Below are positions 16,655 through 25,700 of a DNA stretch of 32,000 nt, in pieces; position 1 is the stretch's first letter, and each line of letters starts with the position of its first letter. The notes beneath the pieces were generated by a model. The model ran no database searches. It was given only the letters and a program-made list of their open reading frames with translations, and was not told the origin of the DNA. The DNA is from Akkermansia muciniphila ATCC BAA-835 (GTDB taxonomy: Bacteria; Verrucomicrobiota; Verrucomicrobiia; Verrucomicrobiales; Akkermansiaceae). The DNA lies in assembly GCF_000020225.1 (NCBI RefSeq), contig NC_010655.1:1560001-1592000 (forward strand). The letters run 5' to 3'. A program made the position numbers and the translations under genes.

Positions 16655-17338
16655 TCAATGTCTTGGTTTGCGGTGTAGACCGCACTCCTTGTGTTCTTTC
16701 TCTTCCCACCACCATCGTCCGTCGCGTACATCTTCTGTCCTCTTGACAGCTCTTGTGCAGCAGGCGCACCCGATACTGGGGAATCCTGCATCGTGAAGGG
16801 GATTGTAGGGAACGCCGTAGGCGCGGATATAGTTCCAGACATCCTCTTCTGACCAGTTGGCCAGTGGGCTGATTTTGATGATGCCGTTCGCCTCATCGTT
16901 TTCTGTGATATGAAGCCCTTTCCGGGTGATGGACTGAGTGGAGCGTAATCCGCAGATCCACGCTTTTTTCCCGGCAAGGAGTCTTTCCAGAGGGCGCAGT
17001 TTACGGATATTGCAGCATTCGTGACGGTATTCCACACTGTTGCGGAACAGATTGACACCTTTGTCCAGAATCATGCTTTCCACTTCTTCCGCTGCCGGAA
17101 AATAAGGAATAATGCGAATGCCGTATATTTCCTCCGTTCTTGTCCAGAGTTCATAGGTTTCCGGAAATAATCGCCCCGTGTCCAGAGTCGCCAGAGGAAT
17201 ATTCAGGCCAAGATGGGAGATCATATGGGTAAGCACTTGGTCTTCTGCCCCGAATGATGTGGCAAAAACAAGGTTTCCTTCGTATTGCGCTGCGGCTTGT
17301 CGCAACGTGTCTGTAGCGGTTGGGGAATGAGCGTTCAT
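16655..17338 (-). CDS. cysH: Adenylylsulfate (APS) reductase, [4Fe-4S]-type, thioredoxin-dependent
   Basis: 227 aa. It has the CysH fold plus the cysteine pairs 'HECCNIRK' and 'SIGCACCT', which distinguish APS reductases from PAPS reductases. It also has the C-terminal catalytic 'KECGLH'. Confidence 0.9.
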   Translation of the reverse strand: MNAHSPTATDTLRQAAAQYEGNLVFATSFGAEDQVLTHMISHLGLNIPLATLDTGRLFPETYELWTRTEEIYGIRIIPYFPAAEEVESMILDKGVNLFRNSVEYRHECCNIRKLRPLERLLAGKKAWICGLRSTQSITRKGLHITENDEANGIIKISPLANWSEEDVWNYIRAYGVPYNPLHDAGFPSIGCACCTRAVKRTEDVRDGRWWWEEKEHKECGLHRKPRH

Positions 17339-17394
17339 GAATGTTGGCGCTGGTTGAAGGTGGATAGCCGTATCCGGTAGAAAAGAACGGGATG

Positions 17395-18324
17395 TCAGAT
17401 GAACAGAGGAGTTGAGTAGTACCGATCCGCTGAATCGGGGAGGATCACTACTACATTTTTCCCTGTGTTCTCTTTTCTTTTAGCAACCTGGACGGCAGCC
17501 CATAGGGCAGCTCCGCTGGAAATCCCAGTTAGAATGCCTTCTTTGACGCCCAATTCTTTAGCTGTGGAAAAGGCATCTTCGTTGGAAACTGTGATGACTT
17601 CATCATAGATATCCGTATCCAGGGTTTCTGGGATAAAGCCAGCTCCTATTCCTTGAATTTGATGGCTTCCGGCCTGGCCGGCGGATAATACGGGGGAATC
17701 TGCCGGTTCCACGGCAATGACGGTGATTCCTCCGGGTTTGCGTTCCTTGAGCAGTCTGCCTATGCCGGTTATTGTTCCCCCGGTGCCTACTCCGGCTACG
17801 ACGATATCTACTTCTCCGTCCGTATCTTCCCATATTTCAACCCCTGTTGTTTCATAGTGGGCTCTGGGATTGGTTGGGTTGGTGAATTGACTGGGAATGA
17901 AGGAGCCCGGAGTTGTGGCCGCCAGATCCTGGGCTTTGGCGATGGCTCCTTTCATTCCTTGGCTGTCTTCTGTAAGGACAATATCGGCTCCGTAGGCTTT
18001 TAGAATATTTCGTCGTTCAACGCTCATGCTTTCCGGCATGGTAAGAATGATGCGGTATCCCCGGGAAGCAGCAATAGCCGCCAGGCCAATGCCCGTGTTG
18101 CCGCTGGTTGGTTCAATGATGACAGATCCCGATTTGAGTTGGCCCGATGCTTCTGCCTCGTTGATCATGGCGAGTGCGATACGGTCTTTCATGCTGCCTG
18201 CCGGGTTCAAGTGGTCCAGCTTGAGCAGGAGCCGGGCATTCAGACGATGTGCCTGAGCATAATTCCTTGGCTCCAGAAGAGGTGTTTTCCCGACCAGTTC
18301 CGATATGGAGGTGTAAATGTTCAT
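17395..18324 (-). CDS. cysK: Cysteine synthase A (O-acetylserine sulfhydrylase)
   Basis: 309 aa. PLP-lysine region 'LNPAGSMKDRIAL', plus 'EPTSGNTGIGLA' and 'GVGTGGTITG'. First gene of the operon. Confidence 0.95.
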   Translation of the reverse strand: MNIYTSISELVGKTPLLEPRNYAQAHRLNARLLLKLDHLNPAGSMKDRIALAMINEAEASGQLKSGSVIIEPTSGNTGIGLAAIAASRGYRIILTMPESMSVERRNILKAYGADIVLTEDSQGMKGAIAKAQDLAATTPGSFIPSQFTNPTNPRAHYETTGVEIWEDTDGEVDIVVAGVGTGGTITGIGRLLKERKPGGITVIAVEPADSPVLSAGQAGSHQIQGIGAGFIPETLDTDIYDEVITVSNEDAFSTAKELGVKEGILTGISSGAALWAAVQVAKRKENTGKNVVVILPDSADRYYSTPLFI

Positions 18325-18480
18325 CGTGTCGTACTTTACAGGGATGGATTTAGATTTCTTTTGTATTCCGATAGGAATAATAGGAATTAGTTACTCTTAT
18401 ATTCTGGAAGTGTCAATGTGAATTAATGAATATGAGATATTATTTTTTTATTTGTTTTTTTATGTAAATAAAAATGATAG
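18325..18480 (-). promoter_or_regulatory. AT-rich putative promoter/leader of the cysK-cysI operon
   Basis: This is the most AT-rich stretch in the window (runs of T7/A7). On the minus strand there is a TTGACA hexamer (plus coordinates 18411-18416) followed by TATAAG/TAACTA-like hexamers. Spacing to a clean -10 is ambiguous. No Shine-Dalgarno sequence is obvious. Confidence 0.3.
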
Positions 18481-18997
18481 AAGAGCATTGAATGAACAGT
18501 CGCAAAATGTCAGAGGTTGAGAGTAAAAACCGCTTCCCTCTGTTTTCAAGCTATTGATAGGGAAGAAGGAAGGATGCGTGTGAGGGACAGATGTCTTGTT
18601 CCCTTGCCTTCCTAGAGCATGCAGTTGTATTGGTACTCTCCGGTTGACGTTATGAATTTTCCTTTTCCCGGAGAGGGATTGTGGCGTTTGGAAAACTGTC
18701 TGTTTTGTCCAATTCCATCCTTTATCGCATATCCTTAGAATGTTTGTTTTCTATATGCTGATAATCTGTTAGTTGTGATTATTTGGAGGATGGTGTGCAA
18801 AAAACACAACTGCTGAGATGCTGATCCGCATAAGCCTTATGGGGAAGCCTCTGACACACGAAAATCGGATCATGTTGTTTATCATGACCTCTCTTTGTCC
18901 TGCATGACGGTTTCATCTTCTCCCTCGGCTATGATGATTACTCCGGATATTTTTTCGGTACGGGAAACAGGGAATCGCCGTGCGGGCAGGAATGGTT

Positions 18998-19672
18998 TTA
19001 TCTTTCTTTTCCGTGGCGGATATCCGTGGCTTCCTTCAGGAAGACGACGGTGGCGGCGATGGTTTTGGCAATGTCTCCTATCCGTTCCAGAGAACGGATA
19101 ATGAAGAGAAGGTTGACGTTGAGGGAAGGGGAGTCCTCCCGTTCGGGGGAGACCAGAAGGGCCAGCGCTTTGCGATGGGCTTTGTCCAGTTTTTTGTCGC
19201 GCAGGCGTATTTCCCTGGCGGCGTCCACATCCTGCGTTTCCAGACACCTGGCGGCGTCTCTGAATTCGGATACGGCCATTTCCAGCAGAGGGAGCACAAT
19301 ATCCGGGGAGAAGGATTCCTGATGCCTGATGGAGGACTTGGCATGCTTGGCGATACCCGTTACTTCCTCCATGCATTCCTGGAGCTTGTCCCCGCATCGG
19401 GAGAAAGTGATGACGAGCCTCAGGTCGCGTCCCAGTGGATGGAACTGGGTGAGTACGGAGGAGCAGAGGGAGAGAACCTGCCGGGTTTCTTCCTGCAGCG
19501 GGTCGCTGTCCGCAATGATGCTGTTGGCCCCGTCGCTGTCCGGGCCGGAAATGACCCGTTCCAGAATGTCCATGTATTTCAGCAGGCTGCCGCAGATGGC
19601 ATTGACGCGGAGGCGGATAGCGTTCAGGGCCGCGTCGTAGTGGGGGAGGATGTGATTGCCGGGGGATGTCAT
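18998..19672 (-). CDS. phoU: Phosphate signalling complex protein PhoU (copy 1)
   Basis: I trimmed the track ORF (18998-19858) to the ATG at 19672 (MTSPGNHILPHYDAALNAIR...), 25 nt after the pstB stop. Two PhoU repeats, including 'RSLERIGDIAKTIAATVVF'. Confidence 0.85.
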   Translation of the reverse strand: MTSPGNHILPHYDAALNAIRLRVNAICGSLLKYMDILERVISGPDSDGANSIIADSDPLQEETRQVLSLCSSVLTQFHPLGRDLRLVITFSRCGDKLQECMEEVTGIAKHAKSSIRHQESFSPDIVLPLLEMAVSEFRDAARCLETQDVDAAREIRLRDKKLDKAHRKALALLVSPEREDSPSLNVNLLFIIRSLERIGDIAKTIAATVVFLKEATDIRHGKER

Positions 19673-19697
19673 GAGGAGAATGGTTTGGAATGGGCTT

Positions 19698-20477
19698 TTA
19701 GCTGAAACGGCCCGTAATGTAGGCTTCCGTTTCTTTTTCCGTAGGATTGGTGAAGATTTGGGACGTTTCCCCGTATTCCACCAGGCGGCCCATGTACATG
19801 AAGGCGGTCCGATCCGCGATGCGTGTGGCCTGCTGCATGTTATGGGTGACGATGACAATGGTGAGTTCTTTTTTCAGGTCTTCCATCAGGTCCTCTATTT
19901 TTAAGGTGGCGATAGGGTCCAGGGCGGCGCAGGGTTCATCCATCAGCAGAATTTGGGGGCGGTTGGCAATGGCGCGCGCGATGCACAGCCGCTGCTGCTG
20001 GCCGCCGGAAAGGCCGTAGGCGCTTTCATGCAGCTTGTCTTTCACTTCATCCCACAGGGCGGCTCCCTTCAGGCTTCGTTCCACGGTTTCGTCCAGTTCC
20101 GCGCGCCTGTTGCGGCCGGCCACACGGAGGGGAAAGACGATGTTTTCGTAAATGCTTTTAGGGAAAGGGTTGTATTTCTGGAAGACCATGCCTACGCGCT
20201 TGCGCAGGGAGATGACTTCCACGCGCGGGTCATACAGGCTGGTGCCGTCAATGCGGATATCCCCCTGGTGGCGCACGTCCGGGACCAGGTCGTTCATGCG
20301 GTTGATGTTGCGGAGCAGCGTGGATTTTCCGCAGCCGGAGGGCCCGATGAGGGCGGTTACCCGGTTGGTTTCAAAGGTCATGCCGATGTTGAAGAGAACC
20401 TGTTTGCTCCCGTAAAAGAAGGAGAAGTCTTCCACTTCAATGATGGGTTCGTCGTTTGCGGCGGCTGGTTCAGTCAT
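19698..20477 (-). CDS. pstB: Phosphate ABC transporter ATP-binding protein (copy 1)
   Basis: 259 aa. '[20 protein letters not shown]', '[16 protein letters not shown]', '[12 protein letters not shown]', '[10 protein letters not shown]' and the C-terminal 'YITGRFS' are classic PstB. Confidence 0.95.
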   Translation of the reverse strand: MTEPAAANDEPIIEVEDFSFFYGSKQVLFNIGMTFETNRVTALIGPSGCGKSTLLRNINRMNDLVPDVRHQGDIRIDGTSLYDPRVEVISLRKRVGMVFQKYNPFPKSIYENIVFPLRVAGRNRRAELDETVERSLKGAALWDEVKDKLHESAYGLSGGQQQRLCIARAIANRPQILLMDEPCAALDPIATLKIEDLMEDLKKELTIVIVTHNMQQATRIADRTAFMYMGRLVEYGETSQIFTNPTEKETEAYITGRFS

Positions 20478-20499
20478 GGGATGGTGAAGGAGAATGGGG

Positions 20500-22254
20500 T
20501 TAGAAGCTGGAGGCCGCGTATTTTTTGCGCAGGCGGTTGCGGATGAGGATGGCCGTGAGGTTCATGACCACCACCAGCAGGATGAGGAGCAGCGTGGTGG
20601 CGAAAACCATGGGCTGGGCGGCGTCCGAGTCCGGAGACTGGAAGCCCACGTCGTAGATATGAAAGCCCAGATGCATGAATTTGCGTTCCAGGTGGATGAA
20701 GGGGCCTTCCCCGTCAATGGGCAGGGAGGGGGCCAGCTTGACCACTCCCGTGACCATGAGTGGGGCTACCTCTCCGGCGCCACGGGCCATGGCCAGAATG
20801 AGGCCGGTCATGACGCCCGGCAGGGCGCTGGGGAGGATGATGCGTTTAATCATCTGCCATTTGGAGGCCCCGCAGGCCAGGGCAGCCTCCCGCAGCCCGC
20901 GGGGGACGGCGGAGAGTGCCTCCTCCGTGGAGACGATGACTACGGGCAGCGTCATCAGGGCCAGCGTGAGGGATGCCCACAGGATGCCGGAGGTCCCGAA
21001 GGTGGGGGTGTTGTCCACAGCCAGCTTTTTCCAGTAGAAAAGTTCGTCGATGCTCCCTCCCAGATAGTAAACGAAGAAGCCGAGGCCGAAAACGCCGAAG
21101 ACGATGGAAGGCACGCCCGCCAGGTTGTTCACGCAGATGCGCACGGCCTGAACCAGAGCCCCCTGTCTGGCGTATTCCCTCAGGTAGATGGCTCCGATGA
21201 CCCCCACGGGCGTGACCAGCACACTCATGAGCAAAGTCATGATGAAGGTGCCGAAAATGGCGGGGAAGATGCCGCCCTCCGTGTTGGCTTCCCGCGGATC
21301 ATCCGTGATGAAATGGTACAGGTTGTGGAGGAAGACGCCGCATTTGCCGAAGAACCCCAGGTCATTCGGCTGGTAGCCGTAAACGATTTTATCCATGCGG
21401 ATTTCCTTTCTTTCCCCGTCTCCCAGGGCATACACAAGAGAGTCTCGGCCCTGTTGAGCCCTCAGTTTGGCTGCTTCCGCGGTGTACCGGGCGTATTCGG
21501 CATTGAGCTGTTCCTCTTTGGCGCGGAGCCGGTCCAGTTCACCGGCCGGGTCGTCCATATCCGTGAGAATGGGGTTTTTCCTGGGGACGGCCGTACGCCG
21601 TCCGTTTTCTTCCCGGATGTCGTAGGAACGTTCTATGGCCTTGATATCCAGTCTGACGTCCGCCAGACGGGTATTGACGGAGCCGATGTCCCTGGTGTCA
21701 ATGGTTTTGACCCTGTCCCTCAGGTCTGTTTCCCGGTCCAGCACGCGGCGGAAAGCCTCCATGAATTCCGGTGAGGCGGCGGGGATGGTTTCTCCGGAGG
21801 CCAGCTTGAGTTCCAGAGGTTTGACCAGGGTGTTCCCTCCCTCCATGCGTTCCAGGCACAGAAGGCCTTTGGGGGTGGCGGAGGCAGTGACATTGTGCGC
21901 GTCCACATAGCGGTAGGATTGTCCATAGGATTCCTTGCTGCCGGTGAAAAGCTGGTATTCCCGCACGTCTCTGGCTGTGGAGCCGGGATGGGCGGGGTCT
22001 GCGGGGACGTGGCGCGTCTGGTCCTTTGTGATGCCGGCGTACAGGACAAGCGGTTGTTCTTCTTTTGAAGAAGGGGCGAGCGTCAGTTCATGGATAGTTT
22101 TGGGCCAGAAGGCCTCCAGACCGTTGAAGACGATGATGCCCAGCAGGCCGAAAATCATGATGAGGCCCAGGGAGAGCCCGATGGAGGCGAGCCAGATATT
22201 GACTTCCCCCAGGGGGCGTTTGGGGGCGGGCGGAAGGCTGAAGTCCTGTTTCAT
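20500..22254 (-). CDS. pstA: Phosphate ABC transporter permease PstA, long form with ~275-aa extracytoplasmic insert
   Basis: 584 aa. The C-terminal half is a PstA-type permease ('[44 protein letters not shown]'). Second permease in pstSCAB order. A long coiled-coil-like insert follows TM1. Confidence 0.85.
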   Translation of the reverse strand: MKQDFSLPPAPKRPLGEVNIWLASIGLSLGLIMIFGLLGIIVFNGLEAFWPKTIHELTLAPSSKEEQPLVLYAGITKDQTRHVPADPAHPGSTARDVREYQLFTGSKESYGQSYRYVDAHNVTASATPKGLLCLERMEGGNTLVKPLELKLASGETIPAASPEFMEAFRRVLDRETDLRDRVKTIDTRDIGSVNTRLADVRLDIKAIERSYDIREENGRRTAVPRKNPILTDMDDPAGELDRLRAKEEQLNAEYARYTAEAAKLRAQQGRDSLVYALGDGERKEIRMDKIVYGYQPNDLGFFGKCGVFLHNLYHFITDDPREANTEGGIFPAIFGTFIMTLLMSVLVTPVGVIGAIYLREYARQGALVQAVRICVNNLAGVPSIVFGVFGLGFFVYYLGGSIDELFYWKKLAVDNTPTFGTSGILWASLTLALMTLPVVIVSTEEALSAVPRGLREAALACGASKWQMIKRIILPSALPGVMTGLILAMARGAGEVAPLMVTGVVKLAPSLPIDGEGPFIHLERKFMHLGFHIYDVGFQSPDSDAAQPMVFATTLLLILLVVVMNLTAILIRNRLRKKYAASSF

Positions 22255-22291
22255 GGAAGGTGGATGGATGGGAGGGAAAGGGTTGGATGGT

Positions 22292-24646
22292 TCACACGAC
22301 GTTGAAGCGTTTGCGGAGACGCTGGCGCACTATTTCCGCCAGAGTGTTCAGAATGAATGTCATGGAGAAGAGGATAAGGCCGCCCAGGAAGAGGACCCGG
22401 TAGTGGGTGGAGTCCTGCGCCGCCTCCGGCAGTTCCGTGGCGATGTTGGCGGAGAGGGTGCGCATGCCGTTGAAGATATTCCAGTCCATGATGGGGGTGT
22501 TTCCCGTGGCCATCAGTACGATCATGGTTTCCCCCACGGCTCGGCCCAGACCTATCATCAGGGCGGAGAAAATGCCTGCGGAAGCCACCGGAAGAACAAC
22601 GGTGCGGACCATCTGCCAGCGGCTGGCCCCCAGAGCCTCCGAGGCGGCGATGAGGGAAGGGGGGACGTTGCTCAGGGCGTCCTCGGAAATGGTGAAGATG
22701 ACAGGGATGACGGCAAAGCCCATGATGAATCCAACCACTAGGGAGTTGCGCTGTTCATAGGGCATGCCGGAGCCGTTGCGCCACAGGTCTGCGAAACTGG
22801 CGGCCTGGAAGTCCCCGTCTCCCCACAGGCCCATGACGCTGCGGCAGAGGCTGATGAGGGGCTGTTCCAGCCAGTAGCCCAGGTATTCCCAGCAGAACCA
22901 GGCGCAGAGCAGGATGACGGGGGTCATGACGATGTATTCCACACCGCGGCTGAATTTGTTGCGCCAGGCTGCGGGCCGGGTGGTCCAGAACCATGCGATG
23001 AGGGCCGCCAGGCCGGGAATGAGGACGGCCATGCAGAGCAGTGCGGGGACTTTGTCTTCCATTCTGGGGGCCAGGTAAAGGGCGCCGAAGAAGCCCAGCA
23101 CTACGGAAGGAAGGGAGGCCATGATTTCCATGACGGGTTTTACCACCCGTTTGACGGCAGGGGCCATGAAGTGGGCCGTGTAAATGGCGGCTGTGACCGC
23201 TACCGGGACGGCGAAGACAAGGGCGTACAGGGTGCCTTTCAGCGTGCCGAAGACCAGGGGCATCAGGGACAGCTTGGATTCATAATCATCCGTGCCGCCC
23301 ACGGATTGCCAGAGCCATTTGGGAGAATCGTACCCCTCATACCATATTTTCCCGACCAGGGCTTTGGCGCCGGCTTCCGGGTGCTTGTCTTCCAGAGAGA
23401 AGAAATGGATGTTTCCTGATGGGTCCACGGCAATGGCGGCGTTGAATTCCGCATTGGCGGCCAGTTGGACCGGAACGAATTCCAGAGGTCCGCTGTTCCA
23501 GCGGATGTCGGCCGTGGTTCCGTAGCAGAGCCTGAGTTCCCGCGGAGTGGAGACCAGGAAGGAACGGTTGATGCCGGATGCCGCGTAATGCTGCACCGGA
23601 CCGTCCATGGGAGAGAATTGCCTGGTCTGGCCGAAGAGGCGCAGGGAAGTGCCGTCCGGGCGGGAATGGGGATAAAGGCTGAAAATCTTAAGGCTTCCCC
23701 TGTCGCCTCCTATGACCAGGGACATGTCTCCGAAAAGCCAGTTGACGGAAGTCATTTTTTCCCCTTTCCCCAGCGGGGTCGGAATCATCTGGCGTCTGAC
23801 CCATGTTTCCCCGTCTTCATCATAGGAGAAGTAAAGAAGTTTGTCCGCATCCGTAGCGATGACGAGGCTGTCTCCGGAGGCTCCGGGTAGCATGGCCGTG
23901 GGGCGGCCTTCCAGCTGGTCCGTCAGGTCATGGAATCCGGAAGGCGCCAGTTCTCCCTCATGAAGCAGGGAGCGGGATTCTTCCAGCGTCATCAGCAGGA
24001 GGCGCGTGCCCTGTTCTGTCTCCACGGTTGCGGTAAATATTTTCCGTTCTCCCGCGTCCGCATAGGCTATGCCGGATATTTTGCCGGGGACGGAGCCGCT
24101 TTCCGTCAGGGGGTAGAGAGGGCCGGCCTCCGCTCCGGCTTTGTCCGGGCCGTGGGCATTCGTCCGGCCGTGGACGTTGAGTCCGGAATGAACATGGATG
24201 AGGCCCACCTTGCCGGATTCCGTGGCGATGGGGTAGGCGGTGAGGGATGCATCATAGGAATGGGCGCAGACGGTTTCGCCGTCCGGCAGGGAAACGGGAA
24301 CGGAGGACAGGTTCCCGGTAGTTTTGTCCAGGAAGAAGATGTTTTTCCCGTTGCCGTAGACAAAGGGAAGCGTGCCGGAAGGGTCCAGGCCCCAGGTTCC
24401 CGGAACCGGAGAGGAGGGCGCGGGGTGCTGCCGTTCTTCCACGTCCGCGCTCTGGAAGAGAGGAATCGTAACGGCCAGCAGGAAGAAAAGAATGCCGAAA
24501 ACGGCTACAATGACGGTGAATCCTCCGCCGATGATGGTTTTGGTCATGATGCGGTCAAACCACAGCGTGGTTTTTGCCACCTGAAAGCGTTCCGGAACGG
24601 GTTTGGGCTTTCTGGAAGGTGCGGGGGAGGGAGCATTGGAACTCAT
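22292..24646 (-). CDS. pstC: Phosphate ABC transporter permease PstC, long form with ~400-aa extracytoplasmic N-terminal domain
   Basis: 784 aa. One N-terminal TM, then a large beta-rich region, then a PstC-type permease ('SEALGASRWQMVRTVVLPVASAGIFSALMIGLGRAVGETM'). First permease after pstS. Confidence 0.85.
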   Translation of the reverse strand: MSSNAPSPAPSRKPKPVPERFQVAKTTLWFDRIMTKTIIGGGFTVIVAVFGILFFLLAVTIPLFQSADVEERQHPAPSSPVPGTWGLDPSGTLPFVYGNGKNIFFLDKTTGNLSSVPVSLPDGETVCAHSYDASLTAYPIATESGKVGLIHVHSGLNVHGRTNAHGPDKAGAEAGPLYPLTESGSVPGKISGIAYADAGERKIFTATVETEQGTRLLLMTLEESRSLLHEGELAPSGFHDLTDQLEGRPTAMLPGASGDSLVIATDADKLLYFSYDEDGETWVRRQMIPTPLGKGEKMTSVNWLFGDMSLVIGGDRGSLKIFSLYPHSRPDGTSLRLFGQTRQFSPMDGPVQHYAASGINRSFLVSTPRELRLCYGTTADIRWNSGPLEFVPVQLAANAEFNAAIAVDPSGNIHFFSLEDKHPEAGAKALVGKIWYEGYDSPKWLWQSVGGTDDYESKLSLMPLVFGTLKGTLYALVFAVPVAVTAAIYTAHFMAPAVKRVVKPVMEIMASLPSVVLGFFGALYLAPRMEDKVPALLCMAVLIPGLAALIAWFWTTRPAAWRNKFSRGVEYIVMTPVILLCAWFCWEYLGYWLEQPLISLCRSVMGLWGDGDFQAASFADLWRNGSGMPYEQRNSLVVGFIMGFAVIPVIFTISEDALSNVPPSLIAASEALGASRWQMVRTVVLPVASAGIFSALMIGLGRAVGETMIVLMATGNTPIMDWNIFNGMRTLSANIATELPEAAQDSTHYRVLFLGGLILFSMTFILNTLAEIVRQRLRKRFNVV

Positions 24647-24669
24647 GACGGCAGAGAGGAGAAGTTGGA

Positions 24670-24705
24670 GGGCAGGACTCCGGCGGGCGGGCCGGAGTCC
24701 TGCCC
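24670..24705 (-). promoter_or_regulatory. Intercistronic pstS-pstC stem-loop (15-bp perfect stem)
   Basis: GGGCAGGACTCCGGC (24670-24684) pairs perfectly with GCCGGAGTCCTGCCC (24691-24705) across a 6-nt loop. It lies between the pstS stop (24738) and the pstC start (24646). There is no U-tract, so it is more likely an mRNA-stability or attenuation element than a full terminator. Confidence 0.55.
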
Positions 24706-24737
24706 CGGCATGTGTTTACGGCACGGGAAGGGAGTGT

Positions 24738-25700
24738 TTATTCAATGCTCTTGAGCACTTCTGCGCTGACTTTGGCGGGAATCGGGTAATAACCGTCCTT
24801 GGTCACGATTTCCTGGCCGTCTTTGGATACGATGAATTTGATGAATTCCCTGGTCAGGGTGTCCAGGGGTTCTCCCGGTTTCTTGTTGACGTAAATCAGC
24901 AGGTAACGGGAGAGCGGGTACGTTCCGTTGATGCAGTTATCGTAGGAAGGCTGTACCGCCGCCTTTCCGCTTTTTTCCGCCAGGGAGAGGGTTTTTACGC
25001 CGGAGGTGACGTATCCGATGCCGGAATAGCCGATTCCCTGTTCGTCGGAACTGATGCCCTGCACGACGGCGGAGGAACCGGGCTGTTCCTTCACGGAGTT
25101 TTTATAGTCCCCTTTTTTCAGGGCTATTTCCTTCACGAACCCGTTCGTGCCGGAGGCGCTGTTTCTGCCGTAAATGGAGATGGCTTTTCCTTTCATGGAG
25201 GGCACCCCCGCATCGCCCCAGTCGGTGATGTTGGAGCCGCCGCGTTTGAAAGTGGAGGAGAAAATGGAGTCGATCTGCGTCAGGGTAAGGGCCTGGATGG
25301 GATTATTCTTGTTGACAAAGAAGGCCACGGCGTCCAGGGCCACTTTGATTTCCGTCGGCTTGTAGCCGTATTTGGCTTCAAAGGCGGCGATTTCCTCCCG
25401 CTTCATCTGGCGGCTCATGGGGGCGAGCTGGGCCGTGCCTGCCGTGAGGGCGGGCGGCGCTGTGGAAGAGCCTTTGCCTTCAACGCCGACTTTGACGCTG
25501 GGGTATTTTTTGTTGAATCCTTCCGCCCAGAGGGTCATCAGGTTGTTCAGCGTATCGGAGCCGACGGCGTTCAGGTTGCCGGAAACGCCGCTGGTGGGCG
25601 CATACGGCTTGATGCTGCTGTCAACGGTCACTTGGTTGGCGCCCATGCTCAGGGAGCTGAGGGCGGCGGCGATGGTCAGGATTTTGGCGACAAATTTCAT
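24738..25700 (-). CDS. pstS: Phosphate ABC transporter substrate-binding protein
   Basis: I trimmed the track ORF to the ATG at 25700 (MKFVAKILTIAAALSSLSMGA, a signal peptide). 'GSDTLNNLMTLWAEGF...GKGSSTAPPALTAGTAQLAPMSR' is PstS-like. Confidence 0.9.
   Translation of the reverse strand: MKFVAKILTIAAALSSLSMGANQVTVDSSIKPYAPTSGVSGNLNAVGSDTLNNLMTLWAEGFNKKYPSVKVGVEGKGSSTAPPALTAGTAQLAPMSRQMKREEIAAFEAKYGYKPTEIKVALDAVAFFVNKNNPIQALTLTQIDSIFSSTFKRGGSNITDWGDAGVPSMKGKAISIYGRNSASGTNGFVKEIALKKGDYKNSVKEQPGSSAVVQGISSDEQGIGYSGIGYVTSGVKTLSLAEKSGKAAVQPSYDNCINGTYPLSRYLLIYVNKKPGEPLDTLTREFIKFIVSKDGQEIVTKDGYYPIPAKVSAEVLKSIE

Noticed and set aside
18325-18997. I considered a SAM/S-box or other sulfur-metabolite riboswitch in the cysK leader.
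   Set aside because: I could not find the conserved S-box core sequences or any other riboswitch consensus I can recall. It is kept only as an unexplained long leader in the findings.
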